This document shows, piece after piece, positions 1 to 12,611 of a stretch of DNA of 64,000 nucleotides (position 1 is the first letter of the stretch; each line of letters begins with the position of its first letter). Under the pieces are notes generated by a model. It had not been told where the DNA came from. It made no database searches and saw only the letters and a list, made by a program, of their open reading frames with translations. Position numbers and translations under genes: made by a program. This DNA is from Eledone cirrhosa (lineage: Eukaryota), in NCBI GenBank assembly GCA_964016885.1, contig OZ024741.1:229028001-229092000 (forward strand), in the 5' to 3' direction.

Positions 1-2400
1 ACGGACGCATGATGCGTGAGCCTAAGAAGATGTGGGCGGCATTTCAGCGGCACTTTGCTCAGCTGTTCGGGCAGGGCGGCAGCCCGGGAGGGGCTATGGA
101 TTTCGATCCGTACCTCGATGGCCTGCCGCGACTCTCGGACAGCGAGACGAAGTTCTGCGAAAGGCTGATTTCAGCCACTGAGATAGGGGACGCGCTGAGC
201 CAATGCGGCACACGCAAATCTCCAGGTCTCGACGGTCTACTCTACGAATTTTACGTAGCAATGCCGGACTTGTTCTCTGTTCTCCTGGAAGCGGTCTACT
301 GCAACTGGCAGCAGAACGGAAGAATTCCCAGATCTGTGACCAGGAGCGTAGTCACGCTAGTCAGGAAGGAGGAGAATAAGGGTGATTACATAGACAAATT
401 CCGGCCCATAACTCTGCTAAACACAGAGTTACAGATTTTGGTCAAGGTGTTGGCAAAGAGGCTGGCGCTTGTGGAAGAAACGCAGACATGCACAATCCCG
501 ACCAGATCCATACACGACAACCTCCACCTCATGTGATACATCGTAGATAGGGTAGGGTGTAAACCCGGCTTCGGTGAGGCCCTGATCAGTCTAAGGCTTT
601 CGATGGGGTTGACCATCGTTACTTGGATGCGATGCTCGATGCGGCAGGCTTCGGGCCCTTGTTCAGGGGCTGGATTACTGCAATGCACAGCAGCAACATC
701 TGCTCAAGGGTCAAGGTAAACGGCTACCTCTCGGAGCGGTTCCATATCACGCGATCCATCCGACAGAGATGCGCTCTCTCCGCCCTTCTGTACGTACTGA
801 CACTCGAGCCACTACTGCGGTAGTTGGAGCTATCGCAGGGCATCCCTCTGGAACCGGGACTGCGGAAAGCGGCGTCGGCCTACGCCGACGACGTCGCAAT
901 AATGGTGTCGAGCACCTCGCAAACCGAGGAAGTCGGCACCTTACTGAAGTAATACGAAAGGTTCACAAGAGCGAAGCTGAACCGGGACAAGTCCATCGGT
1001 TTGCAACTCAGATCATGGAGAGGCAGACCGATGCCTTCCGATGGCGTTGTCGGACGCTGGACGGAAGGACTGGTGAAGATGCTCGGGGTTGGTTTGGTCT
1101 GGACCTCCAGGTGGAGAAGAACTGGAACGAGGTGACTGCAAAGGTGTTTGCACTCACCCAGAAGTGAGTGCAAACTATCCTTGAAAGGTCGAGCGAGCGA
1201 AGGGGGCGAACACTTTTATAGCGTCCGTAATTTACCACCGCTTGACCGTCGTGCCTTGCCCAGCCAAAACGCTCACCAAAGTGAAGATCCATCTGCTGCC
1301 AACACCCTTTTAACGGAGGGCTGGGGAGGCCGTGGCTGACGATGCGCAAACACGCGCTCAAGCTGCGGCATCTCCACGTATTCCTCACCTGACAACCGGT
1401 GTGGGCCCCGTTGAGGCGAGCATTCCCACGACTCGTCTCGCTGACCGAGCTGCAGTCCTGGGTCAAGCAAAGACCGAGGAAAATGGGCGACTGGCACATC
1501 GAATAAGCTCAGGCGCTCACAGCCCTCTGGCAGGCGAACCCGGCGATCAGTGGAGACTCCACTTCGTCATTCTATAGAAGGTTGGTCCGCAGCAAGTGCG
1601 ACGACGTAGAGGAAGACGAACTGGCCAGTCTGTTCGGTAGGATCTTCCGCCCGGGACCGATGGAGAACTTCCAAAAGTCCCTGGCCTGGCAGTTCGAGAC
1701 AAGCGCTACAGACACGGGCTCCCTGGTAGGGACCCTTCGAAAAAGATCTGTCCGAGATGCGTGCGAGACGAAGAAACCGTGGCGCACGCATTCATACACT
1801 GCCCGGGCGTAATCGACCTTTTGGGCTATGTAGAACGACTATTGTCGCGGGTGAAACCAATCCTGTTGACCACCGAGTCCATTGTCATGATCAAACTGCC
1901 ACCCTCCTTCAAAAACGAAGGAGAGGCGGTTTTCCTTTGTGTGATAGCTATGGCGAAAGAGGTTGTATGGTGGACGAGGTTAAAAGGGCCGAGGTCAGAC
2001 ACCTTTCTCTCCGGCCAACAACTGATTCTTTTTTTCAAATACCACTTTGGAAGAAGAATCATGATGGAGAGAGAGGTGCTGTACCCTAGCAAGTTTTATG
2101 AAAGGTGGGTGAAAGTGGCGAGAATAGCCCGAGTGAATGGGCCTTCTCTCTATATCAGCCTGTAGGTTGAGGAAAAAGAGGAAGAGAGGAAAGGGGTACA
2201 AACTCTTCGTACTTCTGGAGATGAGGGTAGCACATTTTTTCGGGGGTATGTGTTACTCATATGAAATGTCTCCCCCATTGGGGAAAATCGATTAACTTTT
2301 AAATTGCATTTGTGATAATATTTTACACGTTTTTATTGTATGTAAACTTCCCCCTTTGTATATGTTCCTTTCTTTTGTGCCCCTGTGGCTAATAAAGAAA
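1..2400 (+). mobile_element. Tx1/L1-clade LINE, 3' part (decayed ORF2: RT and C-terminal Cys/His region, then 3'UTR); runs off the window start
   Basis: Fragmented ORFs give RT motifs KSPGLDGL, FRPITLLNTE, SIRQRCALS and AYADD (gcctacgccgacgac ~878), plus C-terminal ETVAHAFIHCP. There are many stops and frameshifts. It ends AATAAAGAAA (2391-2400) followed by (TATC)n. Confidence 0.92.
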
Positions 2401-2402
2401 CA

Positions 2403-2527
2403 TATCTATCTAACTACCTACTTATCTATCTATCTATCTGTCTATCTATATATATATCTAACTACCTACTTATCTATCTATCTATCTATCTAGAAATATA
2501 TCTATCTAGAAATATATCTCTCTATCT
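2403..2527 (+). repeat. Degenerate (TATC)n microsatellite between LINE copies 1 and 2
   Basis: Visible tatctatc repeats directly after the polyA signal. Confidence 0.9.
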
Positions 2528-2732
2528 GCCTGACGCGTGGAACATCGCCGGTAAGCTTTTTTGTAAATTTCTATACAAAATACTGAACAAAGTTTTTGAA
2601 AAAAACATATCATTTTGTATATTAACCTCCAAGCTGAATTGTCAGCTGGGTGGTAAGCCCATTTTTCGCCTCTTTATGGGCGAAAATTTAATTTAAAAAT
2701 TGTTTTCAAAAATCAAATTTTGCCAACTACAA

Positions 2733-2964
2733 AATATGAATAACTCGGAAAGAACGTTGGAGAACGTCGACAGAGAGAAGAGAGGTAGAGAGGAAGATAT
2801 TAACGTTATGTCTGCTTCTGCTACTATAGACGTCGTCATGGATACGACTGTTAACAAAGAGAAACAAATAATATTTCCACTTGAAGATTTTAAAATTTCT
2901 ACCGTCGAAGCGCAGAAAAATGACACAGGAATTAAACCTATTAAAATACATACACATGAAAAAG

Positions 2965-2995
<31 letters not shown>

Positions 2996-4619
2996 CTCCA
3001 TAGATACATCTACACATAAAGTTTCACCTCGTCAAGAAATTGTGATTCCAAAACCGAGGCTGACAACAACAACAACGACAACAACAGCAAACACCACAAA
3101 AATGCCTTTCGCTGAAACAGTGAACCAAAAACAAGATTTTATAAATCTTGACATCTCCAATGCAAGAGATATGCTCCAACAATGAAAACAATTTGTAACT
3201 TTCGAAGACAAGGGTGGGTTTAGAATCAACTCACCCCTCGAAATAAAAGAATAGACGGTATGAAGGACAGTGACCTTCAGGACTGTCTTAGACACAACGA
3301 GAAAGCCAATATTTGTGAGTCAAGGAGACATAGAAGCGACCTTGAAGGAGACTCTAGAATATATTGACTTTCTTCAACGAGGAAAACAGTACGGAAGTAT
3401 TTCCGTACTGTTTAAAAGCGAGGCACACGCCCAAAAACATTCTGTGACACCAATGGTGTCAAAAGCATTCACCTTTTTCCCTACGTACATGGCAAAAAAG
3501 ACACAAAAAATAAAAATGAAAAATATACCACCAAATATTAACATCTGGTGGGTCTTGGCTGGCTTCGGGGAGCCAGGACGGCTGCCATTCTTTCGATACA
3601 AAAGTCTATGAGACAAAGGTGGGCGGGTACTGATTTGGAGATTCTGATGCAGATGAGGCCGGAGAGAATCTCCAAAATACCCGAAAAAGTCGTCATCGAT
3701 GTTAACAACAAAATAATCATTTCGGTGGAGGGACGTAAATTTCATTGCTTTCGTTGTGGTAGCACAACACACCTAACACAATCAACCAAAACAATACAAA
3801 GGAAAGCACTGTTACCAACACCAACACCAAAACAACCACCACCACTACAACAACAACTCACGAAACAAGCAAACACACCAAAACAGACAGCCACTCAACC
3901 AGAAAAACACAGACAACACCCCTGAAGAACACAGCCACACCCCATCCCACTCCATCAAACACTACCACAAACACACACACCGAAATACTATCACCACACA
4001 ACATACCCCTACCCCACACTCCTGACGATGATTATTCAACAACAGATGAGGCTGCTTCCCCTTTTTTAAGTGAAGAAGAAGGAGTACCTTGGAAATCTAA
4101 AAGACAAAAAAAAAGAGACACCACAAAACCCTCAAAACTCCAATCACCAACACCAACACACAACCACAGACACAAACAACAACACAAACAACACCACAGT
4201 CAAACATCCCCCTATCAGCAAAACTAACACCAACACCACCCCAAACACAAGCACCCACCATAAAAAGAAAACACCCGGACGAACAACAAACTAAAACAAC
4301 ACAACAAAAACACAAACAACAATACGCATACATCAACGCAAACAACAAGAGTTTGATGGAAGTCATCTCCCAAAACCCCAAGGTGGAGACGGAGGGCAAA
4401 ACTTTCGTGAAAGCAGAATCGTCTCCACACCTTAAACTTATAAGGTTTTCTATGGAGACCTATAGTGACCTGAAAAATAAATGTTCGCAAGACGTGGGCA
4501 ATATCTGCCAGAAACCCATCAACCGCGCCCTGTTAAAATGTTTCCCCACCCCACCCAACACCCCCTCCAGCACCCAAATGGATATTGATCAACCCGATCT
4601 CCAGGAAGCGAAAAGGTAA
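2733..4619 (+). pseudogene. LINE ORF1 (RNA-binding/zinc-knuckle protein), disrupted
   Basis: ORFs 2700-3185, 3270-3611, 3548-3925 and 4353-4619 are collinear with the copy-3 ORF1 (shared LMEVIS..P.V.TEGKTF, KPINR.LLKCFPT, QE.KR*). Confidence 0.8.
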
Positions 4620-4661
4620 GTGCACCTTTTCGTCCTTTTTCTCCAACTCTTCTTCACCAAC

Positions 4662-7493
4662 ATAGCTAGTTTACGAGTTGGAAGCGTGAATGTGAGTGGC
4701 CTAGGGATGCCCTGGAAACAGGGCCAACTTTTAAACGACCTTAGGTCACACGGTATGGATGTGATAGCCATCACCAGGTCCAGGATCCACAACAGGCAGC
4801 AACTAGCCCCCATCTTCAACGACTTTGAGATCTACGCATCTCTCTGTCAGCCAGGAGGTGGAGGGGGAGTGGCTGTCATGTTTCGGAAGAACCTGGACGT
4901 CGAAGTACAGCATGTACACTTGGACCCGGAGGGTAGACGTGAACAGTATTGGAGGTGAAGCCTTCAGACTGGTGGCCGTCTATGCCCCGACCGGGCAATC
5001 GCTATCACGGCCAGACTTCTTTAGGCGTCTAGAATCTTTTCTGGGAACATCTCGCTCCTTACGTTTAGTGGGGGACCGGAATGGTATCCTAGATTAGTTC
5101 TTCGACGCGAAACACGAAGGCTGCGTGGTCAGAAGCAAAACACGTACTCTAGGAAACGAAGGAGCGAAAGCTGTCAGCTGGGCCCGAGTGGCGGAGGCAA
5201 AAAGTGGCAACAAGTCCACGATTTGGCCTTTGAAAGACCAAAACGGACGCGGGCTACTTGACCCCAAGCGAATGTGCGCGGCCTTTCAGCAGCACTTTGC
5301 GCGACTGTTTGAGCAGAACGACGGTGAGCCGAACGGGGCAATGGACTTTAGTTCATACCTCGACGGCTTAACGCGTCTCTCGAACACGGACGCCGAGTTC
5401 TGCGAAAGACCGATCACGGACACTGAGATACAGGACCTCTTGGCCGCTGCGGGAAACGCAAGTCACCCGGTCTAGATGGTCTACCCTACGAGTTTTACAT
5501 AGGCATGCCGGACTTCTTCTCAGGCGTCCTCGAGGCCGTCTACTGCAATTGGTAGCAGAACGGGAGAATTCCCAGTTCTGCAGGCAAGGGCGTAGTAACG
5601 CTGATCAGGAAAGACGAGAACAAGGGGGACGAAATTAACAACTTCAGGCCCATAACTCTGCTCAACACAGAGTTAAAGATTTTGGCCAAGATGCTAGCGA
5701 CGAGGTTGGCGCTTGCCGTCGAGAATCTGGTAGGGAAAGCGCAAACGTTTGCAATCCCGACCAGGTCCATACACGACAACCTCCACCTCATGCGATACAT
5801 CATAGAAAGTGTGGGTAGTAAACCCGGCTTCGGTGGGGCTCTGATCAATTTGGATCAGTCTAAGGCATTCGATAGGGTCGACCATCGATACTTGGATGCG
5901 GTTCTCAAGGCGGCCGGTTTCGGTCCCGTTTTCTGAGGCTGGATCGAGATGGTGCACACCAGCATCTGCTCGAGGGTCAAGGTGAACGGCTACCTATCGA
6001 AGCCGTTCGTAATCACGCGTAACATTCGACAGGGATGCCCTCTCTCCTCCATTCTGTATGTATTGACTCTAGAGCCACTACTGTGGAAATTGGAGCTGTT
6101 GCAGGGTATCCCTCTAAAACCGGGACTACGCAAAGCGGCGACGGCTTATGCCGACGACGTAAGGGTAATGGTGTCGAGCACCTCGGAAATCGGGGTGATC
6201 AGCAACTTACTGAAAGAATATGAAACGCTGACGGGAGAAAAACTAAACTCGGACAAGTCTGTCGGTTTGCAACTCGGTACGTGAAGAGGCAAACCGATGA
6301 CGTCCAACAGCGTCGTTGGACGCTGGACGGACGGACCGGTGAAATTGCTTGGGTCTGGTTCGGTCCAGACCTCCAAGTGGAGAAAAATGGAACGAGGTAA
6401 CGGCCAAGGTGTTTGCGCTCACCCAGAAGTGGGCAGAGTGCAAACTGTCCTTGAAAGGTCGAGCGGAGGTGGCGAACACTTTCATAGCGTCCGTCATCTA
6501 CTACCGCTTGACTGTCGTGCCTTGTCCCCGTGAAAACCTCACCAAAATGGAACGCATGCTCTTCCAGTTTCTGTGGAAGAAGCAGGCTCCACTGGCGAGG
6601 AGATCCGTCTGCTGTCAGCTCCCTTCCAACGGAGGGCTGGGAATGCCGTGGCTGATGATGCGCTGAGGCTGCGGCATCTCCGGGTATTCCTCACCGACCC
6701 CCAACCGGTGTGGGCACCGTTTGTGAGACAGGCTTTCCCGCAGCTCGTCTCGCTGACGGAGCTGCAGTCCTGGGTCAAGAAAAGACCGAAAACGATGGGC
6801 GCCTGGCACATTAAATTCGCTCAGGCGCTCACAGTCCTCTGGCAAGCGGGCATAGCAATCAGTGGAGACTCCACTTCGACATTCTATATAGGCATTGTAC
6901 GTTACAAGGGCGACGACGTGCTCGGAGAGACCCTGGGCGTCGAAGACGATGAGCTCACCTGTCTGTTTAGTAGGACTTTCCGCCCGGGACCTATGGACAA
7001 CTTCCAGAGGTCCCTGGCCTGGCAGTGCTACCGAGGAGCTCTACCGGTTCGTGATAAGATCTACAGGCACGGACGCCCCGGCAGGGATCCTTCCAAGAGG
7101 ACTTGTCCAAGATATGCGCAGGACATTGAAACTGTCCTGCACGCAATTGTACACTGCCCGTGCGTATCCGACCTGTGGAACTATGCTGTCGCGTATGGGA
7201 CAAATCCAGTTGACTTGCCAAGTTCATAGTAAGGATCAAACCGCCAGCCTCTTTCAAAAACGAAAGAGAGGCGGTTTTCCTCTGTATAGTGACTATGGTG
7301 GACAAGATTGAGAGGTCTGAGGACAGATGCCTTTCTCTCCGGACAACAATTGATTCCCTTCTTTAAGTATCACTTTAGAAGGAGAATCAGAGTGGAGGGA
7401 GAGGCACTGCACCCCAGGAAATTTACTGAAAGGTGTGTGAGTGTGGCAAAAATAGCCCGAATGATTGGGCCTTCTCTGTTTATAAGCCTGTAG
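4662..7493 (+). pseudogene. LINE ORF2 (APE endonuclease plus reverse transcriptase), disrupted
   Basis: APE and RT motifs lie in successive frames. About 570 nt between the GILD and FFDAKHEG motifs are missing relative to copy 3. Confidence 0.88.
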
Positions 7494-8200
7494 GTTAAAG
7501 AAGAGAGCAAAAGGGAGAAAGGAGCACTTGCACAACACGCTCCTGGAGTTGAGGGTTGTACTATCGACGGGATATTAAACAACCCATTTGTGACGCTTCC
7601 CCCTATTGGTGATTTCGATTGTTGTAATTGTTTGTTTTATATATTTTGACACGACTGTATATAAAATCCCCGACATGTCTTTGTATTGTCCCCTTTTCTT
7701 GTGCGCCCTTGTGACAAATAAAGAAATCTATCTATTTATCTATCTATCCATGTATTTATGTATATGTTTATTTGTCTAACTGTATGTCAGTCTGTCATCA
7801 CATTTAACAAATATGACTCCGACCATATCTGCTTGTCACACAAAAAACATCACCTCAGCCATCACTATTACCACCTCTATTACGACCTCCAACACCACCA
7901 CCACCTCTATCACTATCACCAACACCACTACAATTACATACACCACCACCATAACCTAACCACCACCAACATCATCTTGACAATATGTGGGTGTCGTCAA
8001 CGTTACTTCAAAACAACATAACCACACATCAGTCATATTCCGTATTGTATCTGTCAACATCACAGACTTACACCCCGCCCCCATTCTGCACTTTCACTTT
8101 CAAACCACTTTCAAATCGGATTAATGCAGATTAGTGCTGCCAGATTAAAACGTTCTGTCAATTTTACGATGTTGGCGTAGATACTAACGTTAATGAAGAA

Positions 8201-8224
8201 ATGGCGGTGATGCTGTTGCTGCTC

Positions 8225-8256
<32 letters not shown>

Positions 8257-8540
8257 GGTGGTGGTGATGGTGGTGGTGGTGGTGGGGGTGCTGGTGGTGT
8301 TGTTTTTGTTGTTGTTGTTGGTGGTGGTGGTGGTGGTGGTGGTGTTGGTGGTGGTAGTGATTTGTAGTTGTGGTGGTGGTGGCTCTGCTGCTGGTGTTGT
8401 TTGTGGTGGTGGTGGTGGTGGTGGTAGTAGTGGTAGAGGTTGTGCTGGTGCTGGTAGTACTGGTGCTGGTGGTGGTGATGTAGGTGGTGGTTCTGGTGGT
8501 TGTGGAAGCAGTGGTGCTGGTGGTGGCAGTGGTTTGTAGT
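8201..8540. repeat. (GGT)n/(TTG)n low-complexity repeat
   Basis: Direct inspection. Confidence 0.9.
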
Positions 8541-8639
8541 TGATTAGGATATTTAATAAAATAATAGTAGTGATGATGAAGGCAATACTCGTTATGTTAA
8601 GGATGTGGGATTTGACAGCTGTATGGGAAGAGGGCTACA

Positions 8640-8760
8640 CCAACACTGGGCTGGTACATTACCTATCGATCCCCTAAAGGATAAAAGGCAAATTGGACCT
8701 GTCGAGATTTGAATTCAGAAGGCAGAGACCCGGAAATATAATGCTCAATTCTCTAACGTC
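8640..8760 (-). mobile_element. Degenerate SINE fragment, same family as 11747-11970
   Basis: ggataaaaggcaaattggacctgtcgagatttgaattcaga is the reverse complement of the family core. Confidence 0.6.
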
Positions 8761-9468
8761 TCTTCCAAATCTATTAACTAATGTCTGAGAGTCTCGGCCG
8801 TGGACGCATTGTAGTACATCATTTCCTGTCATTAACTATATAGCAATCACAACAAACTAAGTGCAGCTTTAACTACTAAAACTCTCTCCTAATTATTTTG
8901 TTTTACGCCTTACGGAAAAGTTGTTCTTGCTCTCGGCGTTGATCTTTCTCTCAAATGATTCTACTATATTTACAGAGGCGGTGAAACTGGGAGGGCCAGG
9001 GGTGATCATGCACCCTCCCATACACACGCACAATAATTATATTTTTCTCCCCAAACTACCAAAGCACACATCTATTTGTTTATACGTTACAATTTATGTT
9101 CATGTTATGTTTATCGCATATGGAAGTTTTCTGACCATTCTAGAGTGCAAAGAGCTAAACTAATCACAACAACTGAATTGACCAAATTTGCATTTGTGTG
9201 TGTGTGTGTGAGTGCACTCAAACTGTTTATAAAGCCAAAATATCATTAATAATAAATATGATATAGATTTGTGCGTTTGAGTGTGTGTATGTACCTGGGT
9301 CTATTTACCTATACATCTATCTCTGAATGAAAGTTTTTGTTTGTGCGTGTCCGCCTAAAACTCAGAAACTAGCGTACGGAAACCCACAAAATTACACACG
9401 CACATGCACACACACACACGCGCATATATATGTATATATATATATATATGTGTGTGTGTATGTATGTA

Positions 9469-9633
<165 letters not shown>

Positions 9634-9835
9634 ATGTGTATATATATATATATATATTTGTTTTGCAAGAGTGAGTGTGTTTTATTATTATTTCTGGCAA
9701 TATTATAACAATATGGCCCTCTCCAAATATAACAATATATATATATATATATATATAACGAAGGAAATGTGGTAAGGAACCAGGTGGACCATAACGCACC
9801 AAAGTACTCAATACTTGAGGTAGTAGAGTGGGTAA

Positions 9836-9918
9836 TAGGAACCAGTAAGACCCCGACAGCTGAGCTCAGAATTAGCCGTCGAAACGGCTTGAGCTCAGCT
9901 GTCGGGGTCTTACTGGTT

Positions 9919-9922
<4 letters not shown>
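9836..9922. repeat. Hairpin with perfect ~33-bp arms at the end of a PLE-terminus-like fragment
   Basis: Arms are taggaaccagtaagaccccgacagctgagctca and tgagctcagctgtcggggtcttactggttccta. The preceding 9757-9832 recurs inverted at ~49910-49987. Confidence 0.85.
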
Positions 9923-9960
<38 letters not shown>

Positions 9961-10348
9961 CAAAGAGATATTTAATTCGTTGGTAATTCAACAAATATAT
10001 ATATGTATAACTGATTCGAAGAACTCGACAAGTTTTCCTATACATACATATATATCCTAATAATTATTTAAATCTACCTAGCGTCTTAAAATAACGCTTT
10101 TTTTCAGCCCTCCACTTCAACCTCATTTGCATATTCATCTAAATAATTTGAAATATTTGTTTTTTCCTCTCTTCCCCTTTTTCCTTTTACTATCCAGGTA
10201 AAACTTGAACCGTTAAGGTCTCATTCCTGGATATGTCAATATTTATAAAACGAACTTTGTATTTTATCTCATGAGTGCGTACCAAAGTTTTGATAAATAA
10301 ATATGGTTTTATAAATATAGTTTCTATTTATTAATATATTAATATCAT

Positions 10349-10455
<107 letters not shown>

Positions 10456-10484
10456 CTAGATCGTCGGACAAATAATAGTAACAA

Positions 10485-10868
10485 TATTTTGTTTACGAAG
10501 CAAGGAATCAATTGTAAATATTTCCTTTTGAACATCGAAAGAAGCCGCCCATTTTGTTTTGTGTTTCTGTATTCTGTACAGAAAGAGAGATAGGATGAGA
10601 AAGATATACACCGATAGAGGGTTAACTAAAATGACTCGTTCAGCTGACAATAACCGAGTTTGCTGTCTATGAAGCCTATTTTGTTTACGAAGCAAGGAAT
10701 CAATTGTAAATATTTCCTTTTGCACATCGAAAGAAGCCGCCCATTTTGTTTTGTGTTTCTGTATTCTGTACAGAAAGAGAGATAGGATGAGAAAGATATA
10801 CACCGATAGAGGGTTAACTAAAATGACTCGTTCAGCTGACAATAACCGAGTCCCTGTCTATGAAGCCT
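10485..10868 (+). repeat. Tandem duplication, 2 x 192 bp
   Basis: tattttgtttacgaagcaagg...tatgaagcc starts at 10485 and again at 10677. Confidence 0.92.
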
Positions 10869-10869
10869 A

Positions 10870-11258
10870 AGTCAATTGTCCAGATTACACATTTTTGGTC
10901 TGTGTAGTCGATTACTTTAAATTCTGGCCAGCCTATCAGCCTATGGTAGCCTTGTCTACTTCCCTACAGAATACCCAAGCCAGATGCGATCCGCAGGATG
11001 CGGTGCGATTTGTCCATGTCCCCACTGGTACATTCGGGAAATCCAGTCGGGACAATTGGAAATATCTTAGCTAGTTCGCGAGCCTTTTACACCCTCGACG
11101 CAGTCCAATCATGAATCTAGATAACACTAAAGAGCACGTTTCTAGAAAGGTCTGGAGGAGCCTGAAGAAATCAGGCCGTCCTGTCCCTATTGAGGCATAG
11201 TCGGCGAACAGGCTGAGAGCATACTCTTCGCTGCTGGTAACGTCCAGCACCACCAGTT
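10870..11258 (-). mobile_element. Tx1-type LINE endonuclease fragment
   Basis: VLDVTSSEEYALSLFADYASIGTGRPDFFRLLQTFLET parallels VLDVEGSEGGAFRLVAAYAP...DFFKRLEIFLGT in copy 3. Confidence 0.7.
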
Positions 11259-11261
11259 AAC

Positions 11262-11628
11262 TGAAGTTTGAATTTGAATGGAAGAAAATCTAAACTAACC
11301 CCGGCGAGATTTGAATTCAGAACGTAAAGGGAATAAAAATAATTGTTTCTACTTTTTGGCACAAGGTCAGCAATTAACCCAGTGCATTACTGGTGCTTTA
11401 TTTTATCAACCCCTTAAGGATGAAAGGCAAAGTTAACCTCGGCGGGATTTGAACTCAGATCGTAAGGGCCATGACTCTATACTGCAAAGCATGGCGTCCG
11501 ACCCTCTACCGATACTGCCAATCCACCGGAACAATAATAATTGTTTCTACTTTTGGCACAAGACCAGCAATTATCCCAGTGCATTACTGGTGCATTATTT
11601 TATCGACCTCATAAGGATGAAAGGCTGG
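11262..11628 (-). mobile_element. Cluster of three partial or complete tRNA-derived SINE copies
   Basis: ttgtttctacttttggcacaag...cccagtgcattactggtgc...aaggatgaaaggc is repeated, and B-box-like gagttcaaatc lies on the minus strand. Confidence 0.8.
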
Positions 11629-11746
11629 GATATTTCTATTACTTTTGCCATACCATAGCTTTTTGTGTAATGTCAGATAAGGTGTAATATTCCGCCATCT
11701 TGTGTTCATTCTTTACTATCTCTCTTTCATATTATTCATCTACATA

Positions 11747-11970
11747 AGGGCGGTGGTTTGGCAGTTTCGGTAGAGAGTCGGACGCCATGCTTTGCAGCAT
11801 AGAGTTACGACCCTTTATGATCTGAGTTCAAATTCCGTCGAGATTAACTTTGCCTTTCATCCTTAGAGGGTCGATAAAATAAAGTACAAATCACGCACTG
11901 GGATCGATTTAATCGACTTGCCCCCCCCCCCCCCCCCCCAATTGCTGGCATTGTGCCTAAATAAGAAACT
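11747..11970 (+). mobile_element. tRNA-derived SINE with 18-bp target-site duplication
   Basis: A-box-like tggcagtttcgg, B-box gagttcaaattc and core gcctttcatccttagagggtcgataaaataaagtac. TSD ATATTATTCATCTACATA at 11729-11746 and 11971-11988. Confidence 0.88.
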
Positions 11971-12204
11971 ATATTATTCATCTACATAGCCCCTTTATCT
12001 TTCTTTGTCACTATCTAACTCCCCCCTCCTCCTCTCTCTCTCCCTCTCTCTCATACTCTTCGTTTCACACCACTCTCCCCCTCCCTATATTTCTCTTTAT
12101 AAATATATTCTATTTCTCCCAGGTTTCATTTTTCTCTCTCTCCACTTCTATTTTCTTTCTCTCTATCTCTACTTCTTCCTCCCCCTCTCTGTTTTCTTGC
12201 CTCG

Positions 12205-12519
12205 TTTAAGACTCAGACTCAGACTCAGAAACTGCGTTCGGTCAGCAACCAGTTGCACAGCGTCCCGCCATTGTCTGTTTGTCGCTCGCAGGGCCCTGCC
12301 AAATGTCTGGCGCCAGTTCATTTTGGGTCGCCCTCTCCGTCTGCTTCCCTGCGGGTTCCATTTAAGTACTTGGTTCGCCAGTATCTCCGGGGGAAGTCTC
12401 AAAGCGTGTCCAAACCAGCCCAGGCGTCGCTTGCAGATGGCAGAAGAGACTAGCTGCTGGTTGGTGTGGTTCCTGACTTCCTGGTTTGTTACATGGTCAC
12501 TCCATTTAATCCCCACACA
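12205..12519 (-). mobile_element. RTE-clade LINE 3' fragment with (CTGAGT)n tail
   Basis: IKWSDHVTNQEV...RRLGWFGHALR...GSRRRGRPKMNW is a typical RTE C-terminus. The tail is agactcagactcagactc. Confidence 0.8.
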
Positions 12520-12559
12520 TGAGTACACATTGACATTGGTTAGAGGATGATAAAGAGAT

Positions 12560-12611
<52 letters not shown>

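Larger units (their letters stand above)
2528..7726 (+). mobile_element. Near full-length Tx1/L1-clade LINE (ORF1 plus APE-RT ORF2), inactivated, with an internal ORF2 deletion
   Basis: ORF1 pieces span ~2733-4619 with a zinc-knuckle remnant CFRCGSTTHL. ORF2 starts ~4662: APE motifs VNVSGL, VAVYAP, GDRNGILD; RT motifs FRPITLLN, DQSKAFDRVDH, RQGCPLS, YADD; C-terminal TCPR..ETVLHAIVHCP. AATAAA at ~7717 is followed by (TATC)n. The 5' boundary is approximate. Confidence 0.92.

Noticed and set aside
8201-8539. Signal-peptide-like Gly-rich ORF
   Set aside because: It is a pure trinucleotide repeat translation.
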